A DNA stretch of 64,000 nt from the human T2T-CHM13v2.0 reference genome, Homo sapiens. The stretch is from NCBI RefSeq assembly GCF_009914755.1, contig NC_060930.1; one strand, 5' to 3'. The position numbers were made by a program, and so were the translations under genes. The notes under the pieces were generated by a model. It did no database searches and was not told the origin of the DNA. It saw only the letters and a list, made by a program, of their open reading frames with translations. This document shows, one piece after another, positions 11,941 to 23,424 of the stretch (position 1 is its first letter; each line of letters opens with the position of its first letter).

Positions 11941-13699
11941 AGACAACAGGAGAAGCAGCAAATCACACAGGAGCAGGGAGACGGCGGCCTCAGAAGATGC
12001 AGCTCACACCGGGGCCTGAGAGAGAGTCTGGGTGAGAAAGAGGACGGGCATCCCATGGCCACCTGGAAGGCAGGAGGGTGAGACCAGGGTCATAAAGGAG
12101 AGAGGCCATTCATTTACGACAAAGCCCAGAGAGTTTCCCTGGGTGCGTCTGAAGATGGGAGCAGAAAGTGGAGCCTTAGAAATAAGAATACCTGAGCCCA
12201 GAGGGAAGTGCCCCCAAGAACTCATGTCACCCCAGAAGGAAAATAGGGCATTGGTCACCTCTGGGATGGTGCGAGGATATCTGCAGTGAGTAACCAGATA
12301 TCTTCAGTGTTAAAGGAAAGTCCCCAGATTTAAGCGTCTGTGTGTGTTGTGTATATTCAGTTAATTATACACCTTACGCAATGCTGGGGTGAGAGGCCTG
12401 AATTCCAGTATTCCCGGGAGCTCTGGGGAAGTCACCCTTCCAACGATTTCTCCTGCTGTTTGGGACCAGCTCTGCTCATGAAGGTGCCAGCACCATCCGT
12501 CCCTGAGTTCATGTCCATGGCTGAGGGTGACTCCAAACACTGCCAGTGGGTTCTTCTTCCCGACTTTGCCGTTTCACTGAGTTAAAGGTCTGGCATTTAC
12601 CAAAACCATCTGCCGCAACCCAGCCAATCTTCCAGAAGTGTCCTGATCTCTTCCTCTGTTGAGTATTTAAAAGTGAAGCACATTTGTGTGGACTCTCCCC
12701 AAGGCGGAGCTGCCCGAGTGCTGGGCTGCCCTGATGAGCTGGTGCTGAGACAGAAGCGGCTTTGCAGACGGCTGCACGGGCTGTGTGTTCTGCTTCCGAA
12801 CTCTCTCAGGTGAGCGTGGAAGACACTTCCATAGACACAGGGAGGTGCTTTACTGCTGAAGGCGACTCCTGCATGCAAACACGGCAGCATTATCTCCACG
12901 TAGAGGGAACACAGGACGCTCAGAGGGAAATTCTCGGAAAGTGGGGTGTCTCCAGCTCCTCCTTCCAGGCCTCTTCTCAGCCGTGAGGCTGCGCTCTGGG
13001 CCTCAGTCCCACCCACTGCACCATCCTCCCCACCGCGGCATCCATGCCAGCCCCGCACCTGTCAGGATATGGGGGAGCCCTGGCCCTGAGGGCTTTCTGT
13101 GGCTCCCCAGGTCCATGTTTCCGTTCTCTTTGCTCCCACCGTTTTTTCTCATGTTCTCCTTTTCACACAATATTTATTGTCTTGTCCCCTCTGTTCTGTC
13201 AAGAGCCCAGACTGTGTAACACACATTGCCTGGCCCAGAGCCCATTCGATAAATATGTGTGGAAAAAAAGAACCAAACAAGGACTCAATACCTCTCCTGC
13301 CTCTTCCATGAAATCATTGTTTTGATTCGAGAATAAAAGATGTTTGGATTAAAATGTTTCTTGAATTTTTCCATTCCTAGCCTCTTGCAAGATCATTGTG
13401 CTAGATTTTGAATGACCTACTTTTCCTTCTCAGGCCCAAGACTTCAAGAGACTATTGTGGTTACGGAGCCACAAATTAATCTTTCCATTTTCTGAAAATA
13501 GAATTCTACTTACATAAGTTTAAAAAAAATTGTTGGTGGTTAGAACAATATCATTAATATCATTTTTATTTTTCAATTAAATGATTCCAACTGTCTTCAT
13601 GATAATTATTTATATTTATAGAACATCTTAAAGGGTACATTTCACACAGAAAAACACCACGTCCAGTCTCTGTCCAGCCCATGGAGGGCGACCAGAGGT

Positions 13700-16290
13700 G
13701 ATGGTTGGCGTGGGCAGCAAGAAGCCAGGGAGGACCGAGCGGGGAGCAGGCGGGGAAGGCAGAAGGGGCGGCAGGAGGGATAGGGCAAGCCGTGGGGAGG
13801 CAGCCACCCCGTAGCAGGAGAGGCAGGGAACGCCACGTCGCTGGTACAAATGGAACAAACTCCAACGCCCGTCTAGAGTTGAAGCTTCTGGGCAGAAGGG
13901 AGCTTTATGATCCACGCCCAACCCATAGGCCCGCTCCCGCCATGCCCCCTCCTCTGGGAAAGCCGCCTGGAGTGTCCACCGCAGAACGAGTGCTGCGCTC
14001 AGCAGCACCAGGACCCGCAGGGCCCGCACTCCCCTCCGCACGAAGCTCACTGTCCACGAGGAAAGACGAGGAAATGCGGGGAAAGGAGGGCACGGGACAA
14101 CACGTCCAACTGTGTAGAGGAAAGGGACCTGCGTGGGAAGGAAGGGGCAGGGGAGGCTTCGAGAAAGAGCCAGGACCGTGTAGTTGGACCCTTGGAGGGA
14201 GCTACACGTGGCCAAGGGTGCAGGGCGGCCCCAGGCTGGGGAACAGCACCGGCCAAGCTCGGGGAAGGGCGTGGACAAGGCCGGCCCGTGGAACGGAAGG
14301 GAGCATCGCACTGTTAAAAGGTCATGAAACGTCCGGGAGCCTCAGCAGGGGAGGCCGAGTGTGGAGGTTTAGAGGAAAGGAATGAGGCTGAGGCTGCCAA
14401 GGAAAAGCATGGTGTGGGGGGACCCGGAGGCCCCGCGGTGGGAGGAGCGTGGTGTGGGGGGACCCGGAGGCCCCGCGGTGGGAGGAGCGTGGTGTGGGGG
14501 GACCGGGAGGCCGTGGGGTGGGAGGAGCGTGGTGTGGGGGGACCCGGAGGCCGTGGGGTGGGAGGAGCGTGGTGTGGGGGGACCCGGAGACCCTGCGGTG
14601 GGAGGAGCGTGGTGTGGGGGGACCCGGAGGCCCTGCGGTGGGAGGAGCGTGGTGTGGGGGGGGACCGGGAGGCCGTGGGGTGGGAGGAGCGTGGTGTGGG
14701 GGGACCCGGAGGCCGTGGGGTGGGAGGAGCGTGGTGTGGGGGGACCCGGAGACCCTGCGGTGGGAGGAGCGTGGTGTGGGGGGACCCGGAGGCCCCGCGG
14801 TGGGAGGAGCATGGTGTGGGGGGGGACCGGGAGGCCGTGGGGTGGGAGGAGCGTGGTGTGGGGGGACCCGGAGGCCGTGGGGTGGGAGGAGCGTGGTGTG
14901 GGGGGACCCGGAGACCCTGCGGTGGGAGGAGCGTGGTGTGGGGGGACCCGGAGGCCCCGCGGTGGGAGGAGCATGGTGTGGGGGGGGACCGGGAGGCCGT
15001 GGGGTGGGAGGAGCGTGGTGTGGGGGGGGACCGGGAGACCCTGCGGTGGGAGGAGCGTGGTGTGGGGGGGGACCGGGAGGCCCCGCGGTGGGAGGAGCGT
15101 GGTGTGGGGGGACCGGGAGGCCGTGGGGTGGGAGGAGCGTGGTGTGGGGGGACCCGGAGGCCGTGGGGTGGGAGGAGCGTGGTGTGGGGGGACCCGGAGG
15201 CCCCGCGGTGGGAGGAGCGTGGTGTGGGGGGACCCGGAGACCCCGCGGTGGGAGGAGCATGGTGTGGGGGGGGACCGGGAGGCCGTGGGGTGGGAGGAGC
15301 GTGGTGTGGGGGGACCCGGAGGCCGTGGGGTGGGAGGAGCGTGGTGTGGGGGGGACCCGGAGGCCGTGGGGTGGGAGGAGCGTGGTGTGGGGGGGACCCG
15401 GAGGCCGTGGGGTGGGAGGAGCGTGGTGTGGGGGGGACCCGGAGGCCCCGCGGTGGGAGGAGCGTGGTGTGGGGGGACCCGGAGGCCCCGCGGTGGGAGG
15501 AGCGTGGTGTGGGGGGGACCGGGAGGCCGTGGGGTGGGAGGAGCGTGGTGTGGGGGGGGACCGGGAGGCCGTGGGGTGGGAGGAGCGTGGTGTGGGGGGA
15601 CCCGGAGGCCCCGCGGTGGGAGGAGCGTGGTGTGGGGGGACCCGGAGACCCTGCGGTGGGAGGAGCGTGGTGTGGGGGGGGACCGGGAGGCCGTGGGGTG
15701 GGAGGAGCGTGGTGTGGGGGGACCCGGAGGCCCCGCGGTGGGAGGAGCGTGGTGTGGGGGGACCCGGAGGCCCCGCGGTGGGAGGAGCGTGGTGTGGGGG
15801 GACCCGGAGGCCGTGGGGTGGGAGGAGCGTGGTGTGGGGGGGACCCGGAGGCCGTGGGGTGGGAGGAGCGTGGTGTGGGGGGACCCGGAGACCCTGCGGT
15901 GGGAGGAGCGTGGTGTGGCGGGAACGGGAGGCCGTGGGGTGGGCGGCAGCACAGGTTGTGGCTGAGCTCGGGGCCGGGGCAGCGGCGCTTGCCCTTGGGA
16001 GGGAGAAAACAGGCAAAGGACAGGATGTGGTGAGCGTCGGCCCGCGAAACCCCGCGGCCACAGCCTGAGGAAGTCTGTAGACAACAGGCTCGGCACGAAG
16101 GAGAAAGAGCTGACGTGGCTGTGAGGTGCCGCTGGTGGGAGCAGAGCTGGGAAGGGAGCCTGGGTGTGACTGTGGGGCTGGGAGTGAGCGGGGAGAGGGA
16201 CAGGAGACGGGAAGGGGCTGCTGGAGCGCAGGAGGACGGCCAGAGGTGCGCGGGCCCCCACCGCAGCCCCAGCTCCCAGATGGTGCACGG
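13700..16290. promoter_or_regulatory. CpG-island-like GC-rich region containing and flanking the 40 bp VNTR
   Basis: Visibly high CpG density in the unique flanks (e.g. 13930-14300, 15940-16270) and several CpG per repeat unit. No TSS evidence, and CpG observed/expected was not computed. Confidence 0.45.
14406..15945. repeat. G-rich minisatellite/VNTR, 40-42 bp unit, about 38 copies
   Basis: Unit GGTGT-G(6-8)-ACC(C/G)GGAG(G/A)CC(CCGC/GTGG/CTGC)GGTGGGAGGAGC(G/A)T. Confidence 0.98.
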
Positions 16291-16874
16291 ACCAACCACT
16301 CAACAATCAGCCTGTGAGTTTTCGGAAGAACAGAGTCTTGGGCCACGGAGCCAACAGGTTCCTCCTGCAGGTGGCCATTTACGCTACACTCACCCCAAGG
16401 CCCCAGCCAGGAGTGTGGCCTCAGTGCAAGAAGCCACGGGGCCTAACACGAGCCACACCGAGAGGTTTCTGGGCCTGCAGGTAACCCTGCTGTACCCCCC
16501 TAGCCTCTGGCATAAGTGTTTGTGAGGGGCCTTCGGGGGCTGGTCCCCGTGCAGGCTGACCGCGGTGGAGTTTGCTCAGTGTGTGATGAGGCACATGTGT
16601 GTACGTAACTGAGCCCACGTGTGAGGGCGAGGACCATCCGTGCCGGGGCCTCCTGTTGAGCAGCCACGAGACATCACCTCACCCGGCACATGGGCGGCCG
16701 CTTCCTCTTGGGCCTGGAATCCTGACAGCCAAGGCTTTGGGGCCGTGCCTCGCCCTCTTTCACAGGCATCTGGCCCTGGACTGTCCCCGCCGGGCGGCAG
16801 TGTAGGCTCCCCGGGGAGGGGCAAAGGTCCCACTTGGTGCAGGCAGCTCTGCACGTCTGATGAGACACCAGCTG

Positions 16875-17277
<403 letters not shown>

Positions 17278-18090
17278 TCAGGCAAAGCAAAGCTCACCTC
17301 CTCCCTCCTGAGCTGGCTGCACACGCCTCTGCTTCCATTTCCTGTAGGTTTTATTCAGCAGGAGTATTTCTAAACTGCAACATACAAAGTATCTAAAAAC
17401 AGATTTTTATTCTTCTCCACCTTCTTTTTTTTTTAAACAAAGCTAACTTACATCTTCCCTTAATGATAATTGGTTTGAATGTCATTTTCAGAGAGTGACT
17501 TTTAAAAAGTACTTGTCATTTTAAATGAGTCTCTGCATAATTGCACTGGATTCTCTTGAGAACGTGGCTTTGACTCAGCCTTGGTTGCCCACGGCCAGGA
17601 GCCCATGGGCCTGGCTCTTTCCGAGACAGAGCTGATTTCCGGAACGCTCTTATCGGCCTTCTGCGGTCTGGGCCTGAGCTTTGTGGTCTGGCGGGGCCTT
17701 GGCCAGGCCGTCCCCCCTTCCTACCACGCTCCCGCCTTCGCCCCTGGCTCTAGTCTTTCCTTTGACCTAATTTTAATGTCACTGCATGGCCACCTGTGCT
17801 CCAGATTCACACACAGCCACTCTCCTGCTTTTTATTCCCTTAGATTTTGCCCGAACCCAATCTTACTGTTAAAACACACATACAGACACACAACAGACAA
17901 AAGCTCACATCCCTTGTGACACCACCCAGTGCTCCCCTGACACTGTGACCGGTGCGTTTGTGCCTTCCTGCGTGTGGCCTGCATGTCTTCGTCTGCCATG
18001 CCCACGCTGTGATGTGCCCAAGTGCTCCCCACAGCTGCAGCCTTGCTCCCCCACGTCCTGCGGGTGGGCACTCCCTCTGCTCCCAGGGGA

Positions 18091-18206
18091 TCTCTGGCAT
18101 GACCTCTGTCATGACGTCTGCCATGGTCTCTGACGTGGCCTCCACCGTGATCTCTGACATGGCCTCCACTGTGGTCTCTGACGTGGCCTCTGCCGTGGTC
18201 TCTGCC
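18091..18206. repeat. Short tandem repeat, 24 bp (2x12) unit, about 4.5 copies
   Basis: Recurring tctctgac(g/a)tggcctc(c/t)(a/g)c(c/t)gtg(g/a). Confidence 0.8.
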
Positions 18207-18454
18207 TTGCCAATGTTTCAGCTGCTTCCCTGCTCATCATCCCCTGCTCATCGTCCATTCTTCCCTAGGGTAAATGCTGAGAAAAGAAACTGATGCATCA
18301 CAGAGTCAGTGCAATTTTAATGTAATCAATTTGATGAATTTATTTTGAGATGACGAATTCTGACTTTTTAAAAAACCATTTATGCACCAATTTCCTCTAA
18401 TGTTTGACATTAAACGTTTTCATTTCTTCTAATCTAATGGGGAAAAAATCAGAC

Positions 18455-18910
18455 TGTTTTCCATTGCAGTTCCCTGATCTGTTGTGAGATTGTGCAGCTT
18501 TTAAATGCTTCTTGGTAATTTGCATTTCTGCTTTTGTAAGTTTTGCTCATATTTCTTTGGCCATTTTCTTCACAGCTGTGTGTTCTCCCCACAGCGGAGG
18601 AATTGTCTTCTCGCACCTGTGAAGTGCTATTGGATTCACCCACTGTGCCAGCCCCTTCCTACGAACAGTCGGTCTCACTCTGCTACTCGTGTCTCGAGGC
18701 TTCTCTACACGCCCATCATATTGATGCTGTCGTACTCATGGTTCTTTTCTTTTGTGCCAGTTTTTCTGTTATATGCAAGAAGATGCTCTCTGCCCGCAGG
18801 ACCATACGGACACTCTTCTTTCTCCCGTCACGTTGGAATTCTTGTTTCTCTGCTTAGAGCTTTAACCTCAGTGGGATCCAGTTTTGTGAATGGTGTAAAT
18901 GAGGGATTTG
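18455..18910 (-). mobile_element. Highly diverged L1ME-like fragment
   Basis: 'gttttccattgcagttccctgat', 'ttggtaatttgcatttctgcttttgt', 'ttttgtgaatggtgtaaatgaggga' resemble antisense L1. Confidence 0.5.
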
Positions 18911-18987
18911 GCTCATTTACTGGCTGTGAGTCCTGTGCCCAGAGCTACACTTCCCGTGAGCATGTTTGCCACTTAATGCCGGACACC

Positions 18988-19102
18988 GGCCCTGCTCCCG
19001 GCCCTGCTCCCGGCCTTGCCCCCTGGTCTGCCCCCTGCCCTGCTCCCGGCCTTGCTCCCTGCCCCCTGCCCTGCCCCCTGCCCTGCTCCCTGCCCTGCTC
19101 CT
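18988..19102. repeat. C-rich low-complexity repeat (CCCTGCTCCCGG / CCCTGCC)
   Basis: Direct inspection of the sequence. Confidence 0.8.
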
Positions 19103-19410
19103 GGCCTCTGCCACTTTTCACAGTCTTCTGTCCCAGGTCTGCCACTTACCTGCCCAGCAGGGGTGAGATCCCTCAGGGAGTCGGAGATAGAGCCTCTTCC
19201 TGTCCTTCCAAGGGGAGCAGTGTATGGAGGCTTTGGAGGATGTTTCTGACAACACTGGGGTGTGCACCGTTCCAGCTCCCAGGTTCCAAGGTGGAAGTCA
19301 CCAGAAGGAAGAACAGAAGCAAAGACAATGCCAGGCTAAAGCAGGAGCCCACCCTTCCTGTCTGGGGGCCGCACCCGGGGCTGCTGACCTGGTGGCTACT
19401 CAGCATGGTG

Positions 19411-19466
19411 CCTGAGCGTTCACAGACGTTGAGTGACCCTGAGCGTTCACGGGCACTGAGTGACCC
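19411..19466. repeat. 27 bp tandem duplication
   Basis: cctgagcgttcac......tgagtgac occurs twice. Confidence 0.75.
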
Positions 19467-19839
19467 CACTGCCCTCTTTGGAAGCGTCCTGGGGGCAGAT
19501 TTGCCGTGGTCCTTGTGCAGCCGATGTCTGTCCCACCTGGAGCGACTGACCCACCTGTGGTGATGGGGTGGATGGAGACAGGCCCTCTGTTAGAGGCAAT
19601 CGGAGCAAATCATCAAACTCTAAAGCCAGAGGACCCTTAGGGCTTCACTGAGTGGTGGCAGGAGCCACGTGACACAGCCGGAAACCCCATCCATGCCCTG
19701 GGGAGATTTTCCCTTGGTGAGGGACCCTGCAGTGCGGCCCAGCCTTTCAGCCTTTCTGGTAAATTGCACCAGGGAATATGTTAGGACTTATCTGTATCAG
19801 GTGCCTCATCATCGGTCAACGCTGCGTCACCCTGGGCAG

Positions 19840-21090
19840 TCACAACACCACACAAACTCACGACAGCACCACGCAGCTCACAACAGCACCACACAAGCTC
19901 ACAACACCACACAGTTCACAACAGCGCCACACAGCTCCCGACAGCGCCACATAGCTCACAACTGCACCACACAGCTCACGACAACACCACACAGCTCCCG
20001 ACAGCACCACACAGCTCACAACTGCACCACACAGCTCACGACAACACCACACAGCTCACGACAGCACCACACAGCTCACGACAACACCACACAGCTCACG
20101 ACAGCACCACACAGCTCACGACAACACCACACAGCTCACGACTGCACCACACAGCTCACGACTGCACCACACAGCTCACGACTGCACCACACAGCTCACG
20201 ACAGCACCACACAGCTCACAACTGCACCACACAGCTCACGACAGCACCACACAGCTCACGACAGCACCACACAGCTCACAACTGCACCACACAAGCTCAC
20301 AACAGCGCCACACAGCTCACAATAGCACCACATAGCTCGTGACAGCACCAAACATGCTCACAACACCGCACAGCTCACAACAGCACGACACAAGCTCACA
20401 CCACCACACAAGCTCACAACAGCAACACACAGCTCACAACAGCGCCACACAGCTCATGACAACACCACACAGCTCATGACAGTACCACACAAGCTCACAA
20501 TAACACCACACAAGCTCACAACAGCACCACACAAGCTCACAACAGCACCACACAGCTCACGACAGCACCACACAAGCTCACGACAGTACCACGCAGCTCA
20601 CGACAGCACCACACAAGCTCACAACAGCACCACACAGCTCACGACAGTACCACGCAGCTCACAACAATGCCATGCAAGCTCACAACAGCCCCACACAAGC
20701 TCATACCACACAGCTCACAACAGCACCACACAAGCTCACAACAGCACACAAGCTCACAACAGCAACATGAAGCTCACAACAGAACCATGCACTTCACAAA
20801 AGCACCACACAGCTCCCAACAGCACCATGCAGCTCACAACAATGCAATGCAATCTCACAATAGCACTACACAAGCTCACAATAGCACCACACAAGCTCAC
20901 AACAGCACCACACAAGCTCACAACAGCGCCGCACAGCTCCCAACAGCGCCGCACAGCTCCCAACAGCACCACGCAGCTCCCAACAGCACCACACAAGCTC
21001 ACAACAGCGCCGCACAGCTCCCAACGGCGCCACACAAGCTCACAACGGCACCACGCAGCTCACAATGGCACCACAGAAGCTCACAACAGC
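19840..21090. repeat. Minisatellite/VNTR, 20/21 bp unit ACAGCACCACACA(A)GCTCAC(A/G), about 60 copies
   Basis: Exact 20 bp period over about 19920-20290. Mixed 20/21-mers and degenerate copies on the flanks. Confidence 0.97.
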
Positions 21091-21571
21091 CAACTGCGGG
21101 CTTGACATTGCTTTGTTTTGTTTGCTTTCTAGCTTTCCTTTATTCTGTTTCTGCTGTCTTTCCTGGACCAGCAAGGTGGCTAACTAGGAATTCGTATCGC
21201 AGCTGTCACGATCTCTTACGTGTCTATAGCATGAACTGCGATTTCCTTCCCTCCTGGGCTGTGTTGTGGAAAAGATGAGCCCACGGAGGGTGTCTGGAAT
21301 AAACGGGGAATCCTCCCACCAGCACGCCCGCCTCTGCTGGGAGCATGAGGCAGCACGATTCTCTGGGCGGCAGCTTGTCTCCACCGCGGGGCTCTAACCG
21401 ATCTGCCACCAGAGCCACTGACGTCCTTCCCCAGCCAGGAGCCTCTGCAGTCCCTGCTCCCACCCTCAAGGGCACACGAGTTCAGAGTCATTCCCAGGTT
21501 GCACGGAGCAGTTTGAGGAGGGAATGGATGGGGTCTCCTCCCGTCGAATGGCTCCCCTGGCTCCTCTGCAG

Positions 21572-21592
21572 GTCAGCACCTTGGAAAGGCAC
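21572..21592 (+). promoter_or_regulatory. RE1/NRSE (REST)-like motif
   Basis: GTCAGCACCTTGGAAAGGCAC vs consensus TTCAGCACCACGGACAGCGCC. Left half-site intact, canonical 2 bp spacer, imperfect right half. Confidence 0.3.
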
Positions 21593-22259
21593 GTGGGTGT
21601 CAGCGCAGCCGCAGGCCCAGCCTGTCTGCCTCCTGGAGGCCCCAGGCATGCTGCCTCTTCCCCTGTTGCCCTGGCCCTGGGGAGCTCTGGTGCCGTCTGC
21701 CTCATCCCCGAGGCAACGTCTCTGCTGCTGGACCAAACACGGCCTGAGTCCCTCGCAGCCTATGCTCTGCCCACAGACACCAGATCCACAGTTAGAACAA
21801 ACGTGTGTGCCTTGGCCTGGCTGTAGGGCCTGCCAAGCGTCTGGGACTCATGAAGGGCTCCGGGATTTCAGCTCTGGTCCAGTCCACTGGCCTGAGCCAG
21901 CTGCAATGGGCTGCAGGGGAGTGGGGGAGGCAGGCTCGATCAGAACCACAGCCTGGGAGGGCCTGGCTGGGAGGCCCCTGCTCCCAGAAACTCACCTTCT
22001 CCCAGAGGGGTCTCTGTCCAGCAGGCGAGCCTGGCCCCAGGCCTCTCTGCAGCAGGCATGGACTGGCTGGGTGACCCTCAGGGAACTGTAGCTGGTGTTC
22101 AGCAGCACTGCCGTGCTAGGCTCCACCTCCCACCTGGCGCGGCGCCTGCTCCCCAACTCCCCTTGTTCCCAAACCTCCCCCTGAACCAGCCTCATGTCCC
22201 CCAACCATTGGGACCAGAGTGGCAGCTGACTGCAGGTCCCAGCATCCCAGGACAGCCTG

Positions 22260-22670
22260 CCACGCGCTGGGAGCCACGGCCGAGCTCCTTCCATTCCGGT
22301 TCACACCCAGACCGTCCGAGCTCTGCCCATCAGCCACCACGCGCTGGGAGCCACGGCCGAGCTCCTTCCATTCCGGTTCACACCCAGACCGTCCGAGCTC
22401 TGCCCATCAGCCACCACGCGCTGGGAGCCACGGCCGAGCTCCTTCCATTCCGGTTCACACCCAGACCGTCCGAGCTCTGCCCATCAGCCACCACGCGCTG
22501 GGAGCCACGGCCGAGCTCCTTCCATTCCGGTTCACACCCAGACCCTCCGAGCTCTGCCCATCAGCCACCACGCGCTGGGAGCCACGGCCGAGCTCTTTCC
22601 ATTCCGGTTCACACCCAGACCCTCCGAGCTCTGCCCATCAGCCACCACGCGCTGGGAGCCATGGCTGAGC
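22260..22670. repeat. VNTR, 77 bp unit, about 5.3 near-identical CpG-rich copies
   Basis: 'cacgcgctgggagcca' at 22261, 22338, 22415 and onward. Confidence 0.97.
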
Positions 22671-23216
22671 TCCTAGGGCCTGCAGATGAACCAGTTCCTG
22701 AGCTGGGGCTGGGGACGGGCAGGCCAGGAGCCGGAACCTCTCAGTGTACTGCATGCGTCTACACCCCACAGTGGGGAGGAGTGAAGGGTCTTTCTCTTAT
22801 TCCCTCTGGGCTGCTGAACTTGTTGTATTTTTTATAGTTTGAAGAAGAGAATAGGCACAGACTCCCCTGCCAGCCAGCCAGACACCTCCTGCCATGTTTC
22901 ACGTGTGGCATCTGACCCCAGCTTTGGTTCAGCAGTCAGGAGTCACCCTGGTGGCTGGGAGGCCAGGGACCCCCTACCTGGGAATCCTAAGTCCTTTGCT
23001 TTGGGAAGGCTCATTGCCTTTGAAACTGGCCCTCCATTCCCACTTAATCAAGGAGGAGGAGCTTTGTCTGAAGTGCGGAGATGGCCGTGGTCCCGATGGA
23101 TGGGCTGCTATTGGACACAGCAATTTGTGGGCAGGAGACTGGACTCCACGAGCATCTGAGCCAGGCACTGCAGGCCTGCGTCTACCCATCCTGGGCTGGA
23201 GGGGAGGCAGGGCTGG

Positions 23217-23424
23217 TGTTCGAAGGGGTGGAAATAGGACTGAGGGCTCTTCTCGGAGAAGGGGATGCTCTTGCCTGCTGCCTTCCATGTTCGAAGGGGT
23301 GGAAATAGGACTGAGGGCTCTTCTCAGAGAAGGGGATGCTCTTGCCTGCTGCCTTCCATGTTCGAAGGGGTGGAAATAGGACTGAGGGCTCTTCTCAGAG
23401 AAGGGCATGCTCTTGCCTGCTGCC
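23217..23424. repeat. Tandem repeat, 71 bp unit, about 2.9 copies
   Basis: 'gttcgaaggggtggaaataggactgagggc' at 23218, 23289 and 23360. Confidence 0.95.

Noticed and set aside
14314-16346. Six overlapping ORFs of 527-674 aa on both strands
   Set aside because: All six frames are open because the 40-42 bp G/C-rich unit has no stop codons. Unit lengths shift frame continually, and there is no protein-family signal.
18505-19563. 352 aa ATG ORF
   Set aside because: It runs through an antisense L1-like remnant and a C-rich repeat, with no recognisable domain.
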